Below are positions 30,786-39,708 of a stretch of 64,000 nucleotides of DNA, in pieces (position 1 is the first letter of the stretch; each line of letters opens with the position of its first letter). Source of the stretch: Thermodesulfobacteriota bacterium (GTDB lineage: Bacteria; Desulfobacterota; Desulfarculia; JACQYL01). The stretch lies in the NCBI GenBank assembly GCA_963675595.2, contig CAXXLZ010000002.1, positions 3,616,001-3,680,000 of the forward strand, read 5' to 3'. Position numbers and translations under genes: made by a program. The notes beneath the pieces were generated by a model. The model did not search any database and was not told the origin of the DNA. It was given only the letters and a program-made list of their open reading frames with translations.

Positions 30786-31305
30786 GTCGAAGCGTCAGGC
30801 CGCCGCCCTATGGATCATTTTCTCCGACTTGTTCGAGGATGATCATCCCACAGAAAACTCCGGACACTGCGTCGCCGGACACCACGATTTGTCAAGAGCC
30901 TTACGCAGCAGTTCCCCTGAGGCGAAGCACTCTCCAAAGCACACGGCTCATCCGCACAATCCTGATCGGTTCTCGCCGGCAACCGGAGAAGGCATGCACG
31001 ACTGATGAGGACGGCTTTGCCAAAGTGAAAGCATTGGTATTTCTTCCATAGGACGGCACACGTTGCAGAATCCAGAGGCTTTCTTAAGTGCGGACACAGA
31101 AGATAAAGCATGAATTCGGCGAGTGCTTCCGTTGGATCCGAAGAGCTTCCGAGGTAAATTCCGTTTCCTGGATGGGATGAGGCCAAGGAGCACGGAGTCG
31201 GGTATCCGGCGGTATCCTGCGTAAGAGAATGGAATGGGAACATGCACATCGTTTCAGTTCATAGGTGATCAATGAAATCAACATTATTGTAACGGGAGGG
31301 AAACG

Positions 31306-32922
31306 ATGAAGGGATTGAGAGGAACGTTGCCGGCTTTGGCCTTGGCGGCGGTTTTGATCTTGGGCTTTACCGGGGCGGCGAAAGCGGGGGCATTCGGCGT
31401 TCCGGACCCCACGCCGGGCGCCGTGGTAACGGGATGGTTCGATTTGGCGGTGGACGGCACGGACGATGTCCTTCCGGTTATCGTGAACATGGGAGGCAGC
31501 GCCGACCAGATCGTGCATTTCATTATCTGGAACCGTGAAAGCGCTCACGTATGGGACAAAAACATCACGTTGACGCCTTGGGATGCTTCTCCGCAGGAGT
31601 TCGGCAACATCCGCGGCGTGATCGAAAACGAAATGGCTCAGGGCCAGAGAAACAACCTGAAGGTCACCATGACCTACGCCGACGATACCACGGAGGAACG
31701 TTACCAGGGCTACTGGACGGCCGCCACGGTTTACGAGACGGTCACCGTGACCACGCCTCAGGAACTTTCTTATCCCCACGCCTACCTGAACAAGCTGGCA
31801 GGCTGGGTGTACTTGGTGGATATCGTCAAAGGAATTACGGACGGCTATCCCATGGTGGCCATTGAAGCCGCCACCCTGTGGGCCGGTGATCAGTATGTAG
31901 CCTTCATGCTGTCCCAGTCCGCGGATTACTTCAACCGCACTTGGTGGTGGAAGAGCAACACCGCAACCGACAGCAAGTACGCGGTGGTTGCCGCGGACAA
32001 CCCGGGCGCCAACAACACGGCTGCCTGGTATTCCCGCCTGTGGGACGAAAGCCGCGACCGATTCTTCGTGACCGAAGACATCGACGGCGTCACCGTCAAC
32101 CTGCCCACCGTGACGGCCAAGGCCAAAGTGGACAAAGTGTTCGAGCGTTTCGACGCGGTTGCCGGCATCAACTGCGAACTGCTCGGCACAGGGCGGGGAA
32201 TCGCCGGCCAGGGAGCGTTTACGGATGAAGGCATTGGACCAGAAAACCATATGGCGCTGGGTGGCGACGACGTATGGTTGGCACGGGAACAGGCCGTCGG
32301 AGAGCTGCCCTATGATGGCGGCACGGCAAGCAACGTGCTGGATCGCGGCGGCATGATCCTCCTGGGACGTTTTTTTGCAGACCAGAGCGGACTGGTCGCC
32401 GACTACGCCAATCGCATGGTCCTTTGGGCGGACACCAACCAGGCTTCGAGCAGCAAGCCGAGAAGCGTGGTTTTGTTCGTGTGCGACGAAGAGGAGGGCT
32501 GCTTCTCCTTCCCTCTGGATTTGCCCTACGAACTGAACGTCATCGTGCTGGACGACGTGATCGGTACGATCCTTTCCGGTCATATTTTCTTCCACACCCG
32601 CCAGATCGTGAATCCCAACAGCCAAAACGTACAGGTTCCCTACTGGCGTGAAGTGACCGGAAACGGCGAGGCCTTTCCCGGGGGCACCACCGGCTACACG
32701 AACGCATGGTATCCGGTGTCCGCCGACGGCACGGCCCTGGAACACGGCAACCAGTTGCAACTCCTCGGCTGGACGCTGAACATCGGGTTCGGTGAGGTCG
32801 TGGGAGGTTACGACACAAGTTGGAGCGCGGCGTTTCCCATGATTCGTCGTTACCAAGTGGGGCCTGCAGACACTACCACCCTGCGCCTTATTCCATTGGA
32901 CGGCGACGACCAGCCCTTCTAA
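31306..32922 (+). CDS. Secreted surface-protein paralog 6 of 8 (long-loop subtype)
   Basis: 18-aa loop insertion; tail LRLIPLDGDDQPF. Confidence 0.9.
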   Translation: MKGLRGTLPALALAAVLILGFTGAAKAGAFGVPDPTPGAVVTGWFDLAVDGTDDVLPVIVNMGGSADQIVHFIIWNRESAHVWDKNITLTPWDASPQEFGNIRGVIENEMAQGQRNNLKVTMTYADDTTEERYQGYWTAATVYETVTVTTPQELSYPHAYLNKLAGWVYLVDIVKGITDGYPMVAIEAATLWAGDQYVAFMLSQSADYFNRTWWWKSNTATDSKYAVVAADNPGANNTAAWYSRLWDESRDRFFVTEDIDGVTVNLPTVTAKAKVDKVFERFDAVAGINCELLGTGRGIAGQGAFTDEGIGPENHMALGGDDVWLAREQAVGELPYDGGTASNVLDRGGMILLGRFFADQSGLVADYANRMVLWADTNQASSSKPRSVVLFVCDEEEGCFSFPLDLPYELNVIVLDDVIGTILSGHIFFHTRQIVNPNSQNVQVPYWREVTGNGEAFPGGTTGYTNAWYPVSADGTALEHGNQLQLLGWTLNIGFGEVVGGYDTSWSAAFPMIRRYQVGPADTTTLRLIPLDGDDQPF

Positions 32923-32987
32923 GGCAATCGACTGCTGCAATCCGAGGCACGTCCATTCGACGGCCCGCAATCAAGCAGACTGATCCG

Positions 32988-33022
32988 GAGGCTGAGGGAT
33001 TTTTCCTCAGCCTCTTCTTTTT
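32988..33022 (+). terminator. Intrinsic terminator of paralog 6
   Basis: GAGGCTGAGG...CCTCAGCCTC-TTCTTTTT; homologous but weaker copy at 35097-35130 after paralog 7. Confidence 0.75.
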
Positions 33023-33417
33023 GAGCACATCGCGGCCAACCCACCCACCGTTTTCGCAAAATGACCTACGGAATCTCCATTGAGATCAAAAGCAGTCCCA
33101 TCCGACAAAGGCATCCGCTTCCGAATCCCGGCAGCAGAAATTCAAGGTGGGATTTTGAGGGAAATACCAGGGACAAACCAATCGGAAGGTTGGTAAGAAG
33201 AAAACAGCTGGATGAAGGCCGGCTGTTGCAACTCCCTTGGTTGCGTTGTAATGCACTTTGGTGTATATAATCACAATCGGAAGACCTATGATCAGAATTC
33301 ATGGTAGGTAGTGCCATGGGGCAAGTTCGGCATCCGAACCTGGAGTTACGGAAGATAAAGTCGCTTTTTCGGCCACAGTGAAAGGAATTCAACCAACATT
33401 GTCAGGGGAGAAAGAGG

Positions 33418-35031
33418 ATGAAGGGATCAAGCAACAAGTTGTTGGTCTTCGCCTTGGTCGCGGTCATGACCATGTCGTTTGCCGGGGTCGCAAAAGCGGG
33501 AGCGTACGGCGTTCCGGACCCCACGCCGGGTGCCGTGGTAACGGGATGGTTCGATCTGGCGGTGGACGGCACGGACGATGTGCTTCCGGTTATCGTGAAC
33601 ATGGGCGGCAGCGCCGACCAGATCGTGCATTTCATTATCTGGAACCGTGAAAGCGCTCACGTATGGGACAAGAACATCACGTTGACGCCTTGGGATGCTT
33701 CTCCGCAGGAGTTCGGCAACATCCGCGGCGTGATCGAAAACGAAATGGCGCAGGGCCAGAGAAACAACCTCAAAGTGACCATGACCTACGCCGACGAAAC
33801 CACGGAGGAGCGTTACCAGGGCTACTGGACGGCCGCCACGGTTTACGAGACGGTCACCGTGACCACGCCTCAGGAACTTTCCTATCCCCACGCCTACCTG
33901 AACAAACTGGCCGGCTGGGTGTACCTGGTGGATATCGTCAAAGGGATTACGGACGGGTACCCTATGGTGGCCATCGAAGCCGCCACCCTGTGGGCCGGTG
34001 ATCAGTTTGTGGCCTTCATGCTGTCCCAGTCCGCGGATTACTTCAACCGCACCTGGTGGTGGAAGAGCAACACCGCAACCGACAGCAAGTACGCGGTGGT
34101 TGCCGCGGACAACCCGGGCGCCAACAACACGGCTGCCTGGTATTCCCGCCTGTGGGACGAAAGCCGCGACCGCTTCTTCGTAACCGAAGACATCGACGGC
34201 ATCACCGTCAACCTGCCCACCGTGACGGCCAAGGCCAAAGTGGACAAAGTGTTCGAGCGTTTCGACGCGGTGGCCGGTATCAACTGCGAGCTGCTCGGCA
34301 CGGGGCAAGGGATCGCCGGCCAGGTAGCCCCTCCGGATGAAGGCATTGGAATCGCCATAAGGATGACCGCGAGTGGCGACGACGTGTGGCTGGCTCGGAG
34401 CCCCGCCGTGGGCGAGCTGCCCTACGACGGAGGCACGGCGAGCAATGTGCTGGATCGCGGTGGAATGATTCTCCTGGGACGCTTCTTCGCGGACCAGAGC
34501 GGATTGGTCGCCGACTACGCCAATCGCATGGTCCTTTGGGCCGATACCAACCAAGCTTCGAGCAGCAAGCCGAGAAGCGTGGTTTTGTTCGTGTGCGACG
34601 AAGAAGAAGGCTGCTTCTCCTTCCCCCTGGATCTACCTTATGAGCTGAACGTGATCGTGCTGGACGACTTGATCGGTACGATCCTTTCCGGTCATATTTT
34701 CTTCCACACCCGCCAGATCGTGAATCCCAACAGCCAAAACGTACAGGTTCCCTACTGGCGTGAAGTGACCGGAAACGGCGAGGCCTTTCCCAGGGGCACC
34801 ACCGGCTACACGAACGCGTGGTATCCGGTGTCCGCCGACGGCACGGCTCTGGAACACGGCAACCAGTTGCAACTTCTCGGCTGGACGCTGAACATCGGGT
34901 TCGGGGAGGTCGTGGGAGGCTTTGACACGAGTTGGAGCGCAGCGTTTCCCATGATTCGTCGCTACCAGGTGGGGCCGGCCGAGATTACCACCCTGCGCCT
35001 GATACCCTTGGACGGCGGAGAAGTCTCCTAA
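33418..35031 (+). CDS. Secreted surface-protein paralog 7 of 8 (long-loop subtype)
   Basis: Closest to paralog 6; tail LRLIPLDGGEVS; upstream TTGCGT(33241)-17-TATATA. Confidence 0.9.
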   Translation: MKGSSNKLLVFALVAVMTMSFAGVAKAGAYGVPDPTPGAVVTGWFDLAVDGTDDVLPVIVNMGGSADQIVHFIIWNRESAHVWDKNITLTPWDASPQEFGNIRGVIENEMAQGQRNNLKVTMTYADETTEERYQGYWTAATVYETVTVTTPQELSYPHAYLNKLAGWVYLVDIVKGITDGYPMVAIEAATLWAGDQFVAFMLSQSADYFNRTWWWKSNTATDSKYAVVAADNPGANNTAAWYSRLWDESRDRFFVTEDIDGITVNLPTVTAKAKVDKVFERFDAVAGINCELLGTGQGIAGQVAPPDEGIGIAIRMTASGDDVWLARSPAVGELPYDGGTASNVLDRGGMILLGRFFADQSGLVADYANRMVLWADTNQASSSKPRSVVLFVCDEEEGCFSFPLDLPYELNVIVLDDLIGTILSGHIFFHTRQIVNPNSQNVQVPYWREVTGNGEAFPRGTTGYTNAWYPVSADGTALEHGNQLQLLGWTLNIGFGEVVGGFDTSWSAAFPMIRRYQVGPAEITTLRLIPLDGGEVS

Positions 35032-35324
35032 AGCAATCGACTGCTGCAATCCGAGGCACGTGCGTCCGACGGCCGTCGATCGAGCAGACTGATCGGGAGG
35101 CTGATAGATTTTTCCTCAGCCTCTTCTTTCTGTTCCGACTCCCCGGGTTGCGGCGTAAGGTATTTTGGGGTAAATATTCCCATTCGGAAGCGATACGACC
35201 ATAATGCATGATAGGTAGCGCCATGGGGGAAGCTCGGCATCCGAAACTGGAGTTCTGAAAGACAAAGTCGTTTTTTCGGGTGTAGTGAATGGACTTCAAC
35301 CGACATCGTCAGGGGAGAAACAGG

Positions 35325-36881
35325 ATGAAGGGATTAAGCAGCAGGTTGTTGGTCGTCGCCTTGGTCGCGGTTTTGACCATGGCGTGTGCCGGTGTCGCAA
35401 AGGCGGGAGCGTACGGCGTTCCGGATCCCACACCGGGTGCCGTGGTAACGGGATGGTTCGATCTGGCGGTGGACGGCACGGACGATGTGCTGCCCGTGAT
35501 CGTGAATATGGGCGGCAGCAGCGATCAGATCGTGCATTTCATCATTTGGAACCGCGAGAGCGCTCACGTGTGGGACAAGAACATCACCCTCACGCCCTGG
35601 GACGCTTCTCCGCAGGAGTTCGGCAACATCCGCGGTGTGATCGAGAATGAAATGGCGCAAGGTCAGAGAAACAACCTCAAAGTGACCATGACTTTCGCAG
35701 ATGAAACCACGGAGGAACGTTACCAGGGATATTGGACGGCGGCCACGGTGTACGAATCGGTGACCGTGACCACGCCTCAGGAACTTTCCTATCCCCACGC
35801 CTACCTGAACAAGCTGGCCGGATGGGTGTACCTGGTGGACATCGTCAAAGGAATTACGGACGGCTATCCCATGGTGGCCATTGAAGCCGCCACACTGTGG
35901 GCTTCGGACCAGTACGCAGGCTTTACGGTGGGCAACTCCGCGGACTATTTCAACCGATCGTGGTTTTTGAAGAGCAACACGGCCGCCGACAGCAAGTACG
36001 CGGTGGTGCCTGCGGACAACCCCGGCTCCAACACCTCGCCCGCCTGGTATTCCCGTTTGTGGGATGAAAGCCGCGATCGCTTCTTTGTGACCGAAGACAT
36101 CGACGGCATCACCGTGAATCTACCCACCGTCACGGCCAAGGCGCAAGTGAACAAAGTGTTCGAGCGCTTCGACGCGGTGGCGGGTATAGGCAGCCAGCTC
36201 CTGAGCATGGGGCAAACCACCATCGGCGATGATGTGTGGCTGGCCCGGAATCCGTCCCAGGGCGAGCTGCCCTTTGACGGCGGCACCGCCAGCAACGTAC
36301 TGGATCGGGGCGGCATGATCCTCCTGGGACGCTTCTTCGCGGATCAGAGCGGTCTGATTGCCGATTACGCCAATCGCATGATCATCTGGGCGGATACCAA
36401 CCAGGCTTCCAGCAGCAAGCCGAGAAGCGTGGTATTGTTCGTGTGCGACGAAGAGGAAGGCTGCTTCTCCTTCCCTCTGGACTTGCCTTACGAACTGAAC
36501 GTCATCGTGCTGGACGACGTAATCGGTACCATCCTGTCGGGCCACATCTATTTTCATACCCGCCAGATCGTGAACCCCAACAGCCAAAACGTGATCGTCC
36601 CATATGTACGTGAAGTGACCACCAACGGCGAGGGCTTCATCGGCGGACCTATCGGAGATTATCAGAGCGCCTATTATCCGGTCCTCGGAGGCGGCACGGC
36701 TCTGGAACACGGCAACCAGCTGCAACTCCTCGGTTGGACTCTCAACATCGGATTCGGTGAGGTCATCGGGGGATTTGAAACGAGTTGGAGCGCCGCATTT
36801 CCCATGATCCGCCGCTACCAAGTGGGCCCGGCAAACATGACCACGATGGGCCTCGTCCAGCTGGACGGCGAACGGCGGTAG
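35325..36881 (+). CDS. Secreted surface-protein paralog 8 of 8
   Basis: ATG 35325; strongly divergent variable loops; tail MGLVQLDGERR; upstream TTGCGG(35148)-17-TAAATA. Confidence 0.9.
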   Translation: MKGLSSRLLVVALVAVLTMACAGVAKAGAYGVPDPTPGAVVTGWFDLAVDGTDDVLPVIVNMGGSSDQIVHFIIWNRESAHVWDKNITLTPWDASPQEFGNIRGVIENEMAQGQRNNLKVTMTFADETTEERYQGYWTAATVYESVTVTTPQELSYPHAYLNKLAGWVYLVDIVKGITDGYPMVAIEAATLWASDQYAGFTVGNSADYFNRSWFLKSNTAADSKYAVVPADNPGSNTSPAWYSRLWDESRDRFFVTEDIDGITVNLPTVTAKAQVNKVFERFDAVAGIGSQLLSMGQTTIGDDVWLARNPSQGELPFDGGTASNVLDRGGMILLGRFFADQSGLIADYANRMIIWADTNQASSSKPRSVVLFVCDEEEGCFSFPLDLPYELNVIVLDDVIGTILSGHIYFHTRQIVNPNSQNVIVPYVREVTTNGEGFIGGPIGDYQSAYYPVLGGGTALEHGNQLQLLGWTLNIGFGEVIGGFETSWSAAFPMIRRYQVGPANMTTMGLVQLDGERR

Positions 36882-36945
36882 TAGCGGGCAAGTTCGTTGA
36901 CGGTCCGGGCGTGTTTTCCAATGCCCGGCATGAATTGATTCAATG

Positions 36946-36984
36946 AAGGGGCCGAGGTGAAATTCTCGGCCCCTTGTCGTTTTT
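36946..36984 (+). terminator. Terminator of paralog 8
   Basis: AAGGGGCCGAG-GTGAAATT-CTCGGCCCCTT then a T-run. Confidence 0.75.
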
Positions 36985-37085
36985 GGGTTCCGCTCGACGA
37001 GTCGGCACGGATAATCGAAGACCGACATCTCCCACGAAGAGATCCCCCGCCGAGGAGTGAGACTTGTTTCCGGGGAAGGAAACCT

Positions 37086-37706
37086 CTATAGAGCCCGGCT
37101 CCAGCCGTCCTTCCTGATACGCCAGAAATGATAGGTACAGAGGCCCGACAGAAGAAGCGGGAGACCCACGCAGTGCCATGCATACCAGCGCAGCAGGGTC
37201 ATGGCGGTTTCCGGCTCATTTCCCAGGAAAACACGCGACGCTCCGGACCCTAAAAGCGGGACATTCCGCAGAAGATTCCAGCCCACCAAGCCAGCCAAAC
37301 GCCCTTGTTCGTCCCATCGGAGCACATACCCGCTGAAATCCAGGAGTGAAACCGTCAGAAGCAGGGTCATGCCTATGACCCAGTTGAGACGCCGGGGAGG
37401 CAGGTAGGCCCGGGTCAGGACGACACGGGTCATGTGCAGCAAAACCGCGACGAGCATGAGCTGTGCGGAGACATAGTGCAGGGATCGTAACAACCTGCCG
37501 AAAGGAACGGCTGAATCGATATCGGCTATGGAGGAGGGCGCGCTGCCGGGAAGGGGCAAATAAAAAAACATGAGGAGTGCGCCGGTCACCACGAGGACAA
37601 TAAAGAAGAAGAACGCCGTTCCTCCCAAACAAAAAGTCTCGGAAAAGGAAATTCGGGTTTCCGAAAGCCGGGCCGGGTGCAGATGGCGGAAGAAACCTTG
37701 AGTCAC
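37086..37706 (-). CDS. Cytochrome b/b6 N-terminal domain protein
   Basis: FCLGG, VTGALLMFFY, LRSLH...LLHMTRV, RRLNWVIG, FSGYVLRWD, WYAWH...YHFWRIRKDG; four heme-ligand His. Confidence 0.88.
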   Translation of the reverse strand: MTQGFFRHLHPARLSETRISFSETFCLGGTAFFFFIVLVVTGALLMFFYLPLPGSAPSSIADIDSAVPFGRLLRSLHYVSAQLMLVAVLLHMTRVVLTRAYLPPRRLNWVIGMTLLLTVSLLDFSGYVLRWDEQGRLAGLVGWNLLRNVPLLGSGASRVFLGNEPETAMTLLRWYAWHCVGLPLLLSGLCTYHFWRIRKDGWSRAL

Positions 37707-37864
37707 CGGTCGTATCTCCTTGAGGGGGCGTTCGGCGCAAGGGAGCGAAATACCGGAGCAACGGTTACCCGTCCCCGACGTTCGGTTTCATCATGAGATA
37801 GGAGGCGCATTTCCGGCTTACCTTGCCTGGAAAATATCAATCCGGCAAGCGGTACGGTAACCCG

Positions 37865-38914
37865 TCACATTCTGAGAAGCCAGAGTTGTCCCCCTTTTTC
37901 GTGCAGACACAAGGGCAGATGTTCTTTGAAGAAGCTCAAATGGAAGTGTTGGAGGAAACTGCTGAAAAGCGCCATCTTGAAGGCGGTGTTATATTGCAGA
38001 AACGCACGAAGTATGTACATTTCGTTCCATGCGCGGCCTTCGTATACCCACTGCTTGGGGTATTCAAAGGGATGGAAGACATCGTGGAAATGAACGTAGA
38101 CTCCAGGTTGAAGGAGGGGAAGGATTTCAAAGAAAATAAGATTCACGTCGCTGAAGACTTTGGACACGTGGGATGAATCCACGAAGAGAACGTCGCGATC
38201 ACCGAGTGAGGAAAAAACCGAGCAGTCGACGTCTTGGAGTTTCAGTGGCAGCAAACGCATCCGTTCTCGATCTCCGGGTTTGAGGAGGCTGAGGAACAAC
38301 TCGGGATCCGGGTCGATAAACGTGCAGGAAACCGAGTGGTCGAAAAACAATTCATTGGTATCGAGAATCAGCGCCGACGAAAAACCGGCGCCGATCTCCA
38401 CGATCCTGCGCGGCTGAAGGTGGCGAAGCATGCAAAACAGAAGCACGGCGTCGCCGAACCCATAATTGAAATTCTCGAACCAGAAGCGTAACGAAGGGGA
38501 TTTGCGGGAACGCACAAACGAGTCGAATACGGCATGCAGGCGTTCGATTTCGGTGGGATCGGTGGTTTGGAAGCGCTTTACGGTCAAGTCCGCCAGGAGC
38601 TCACGGGCCCCTTCGATGGGTTCATAGGGTATTTCATGATAGAAACGGGCGATTTGACGAAGCAACTCCACCTGGGAGCGCTCATTCAAGTCGATGCCCG
38701 GCAGTTCGGAAGGCATCCCGTCGAATATTCTGTTTTCGTATCGGCGAATTTCTTCGATGGACGGAAGGGGGGAGTAGTAGTGTCCCGGCGGGACGAATCG
38801 GTGGGTATCGCTTTTCAGCCGTTCGAATTGCGAAAGCGCTGCGTCCCGTTCCAGCCTTAAAGCTGCAACAGTGGGAATCCTCGAAAGAATCTTCTCGACG
38901 ACACTGTTTCTCAT
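37865..38914 (-). CDS. Class I SAM-dependent methyltransferase (surface-glycan type); start uncertain
   Basis: PPGHYYSPLP, RIVEIGAGFSS, LFVDSSHVSK, VHFHDVFHPFEYP, WNEMY. Confidence 0.85.
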   Translation of the reverse strand: MRNSVVEKILSRIPTVAALRLERDAALSQFERLKSDTHRFVPPGHYYSPLPSIEEIRRYENRIFDGMPSELPGIDLNERSQVELLRQIARFYHEIPYEPIEGARELLADLTVKRFQTTDPTEIERLHAVFDSFVRSRKSPSLRFWFENFNYGFGDAVLLFCMLRHLQPRRIVEIGAGFSSALILDTNELFFDHSVSCTFIDPDPELFLSLLKPGDRERMRLLPLKLQDVDCSVFSSLGDRDVLFVDSSHVSKVFSDVNLIFFEILPLLQPGVYVHFHDVFHPFEYPKQWVYEGRAWNEMYILRAFLQYNTAFKMALFSSFLQHFHLSFFKEHLPLCLHEKGGQLWLLRM

Positions 38915-39252
38915 AATACCATCGATTTTCCCCATATTTTGGCTCATGAGAAGCCTGCTTGTCCAGCCAAATCGAACATAGGGTCGGAGTCGTTTCACCC
39001 GATTGTGAAACATTTGGCGGGCGGAAGTCTTGATGGTGAGAAAGCAAAGGCGAACCAACGGCGTACCGTCACGAAGCATCAACAACTAGGGCATACCGGG
39101 TCGGGTCAAACGATTCGCCGAACAAACAGAGGGTGACGGAAATCCGGAAGCGGGACGAGAGAACTCTTTGAAATCAGGACACCAGAGGGTATGATTCTTA
39201 TGAATGAACGTTTCGCTCCATCGGAAGCACTACTGCGAATTGGGGGAGTCTC

Positions 39253-39642
39253 GTGATGTATGAGCTGATCAGGAAGCGGTCGAAAGAGGCGGTCAAACTG
39301 ATACCCAAAGGGTATCTTTCGGATACGTCGATCAAAGAGACGATCCGTTGCGTGCTGTTTGGAATCCTCAGAGAGGAAGGCCTGGTGGCGGTACCGGCTT
39401 TTCGGAATCCCAGATTTCCCGAAGGGCCCGCCGACATGGTGGGTCTTGATCCCGTCGATGATACCGTCAAATTCGCTTTTTGCTCAAACCCGTTGGTCGA
39501 GTTGGCGGACGTGAAAAGTCTTGAGCGGATCGATGCGGAACACAAGTGTGTCATCACTTTCTCGAAGATGGAAAACAAGGTGAAACAGAGCGCCTTTTTC
39601 CTCAAGCCGGGAATCGATCACGTTGATCTCCACGGAAGCTGA
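39253..39642 (+). CDS. Hypothetical protein
   Basis: RBS GGGGAG, protein-like composition, co-oriented with the next two genes. Confidence 0.7.
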   Translation: MMYELIRKRSKEAVKLIPKGYLSDTSIKETIRCVLFGILREEGLVAVPAFRNPRFPEGPADMVGLDPVDDTVKFAFCSNPLVELADVKSLERIDAEHKCVITFSKMENKVKQSAFFLKPGIDHVDLHGS

Positions 39643-39708
39643 AGCGTCCACCGATCAGAACCCGTCTCATGCGGGCTCTCGTTCGGAGCACGAAGGAGTA
39701 CCGGCGCC

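Noticed and set aside
19094-34554. Long antisense ORFs over the paralogs (e.g. 19094-20728, 22709-24427, 24900-26456, 31084-32970)
   Set aside because: Shadow frames produced by the codon bias of the plus-strand genes; boundaries differ between copies and no RBS or protein motifs are evident.
19151-36881. Diversity-generating retroelement as the source of variation
   Set aside because: No reverse transcriptase or Avd in the window; differences are not adenine-specific and include indels and many synonymous changes.
18900-36990. Campylobacter fetus sap-type inversion switch or shufflon
   Set aside because: All copies are co-oriented, most have their own promoter, and no recombinase or inverted crossover sites were seen.
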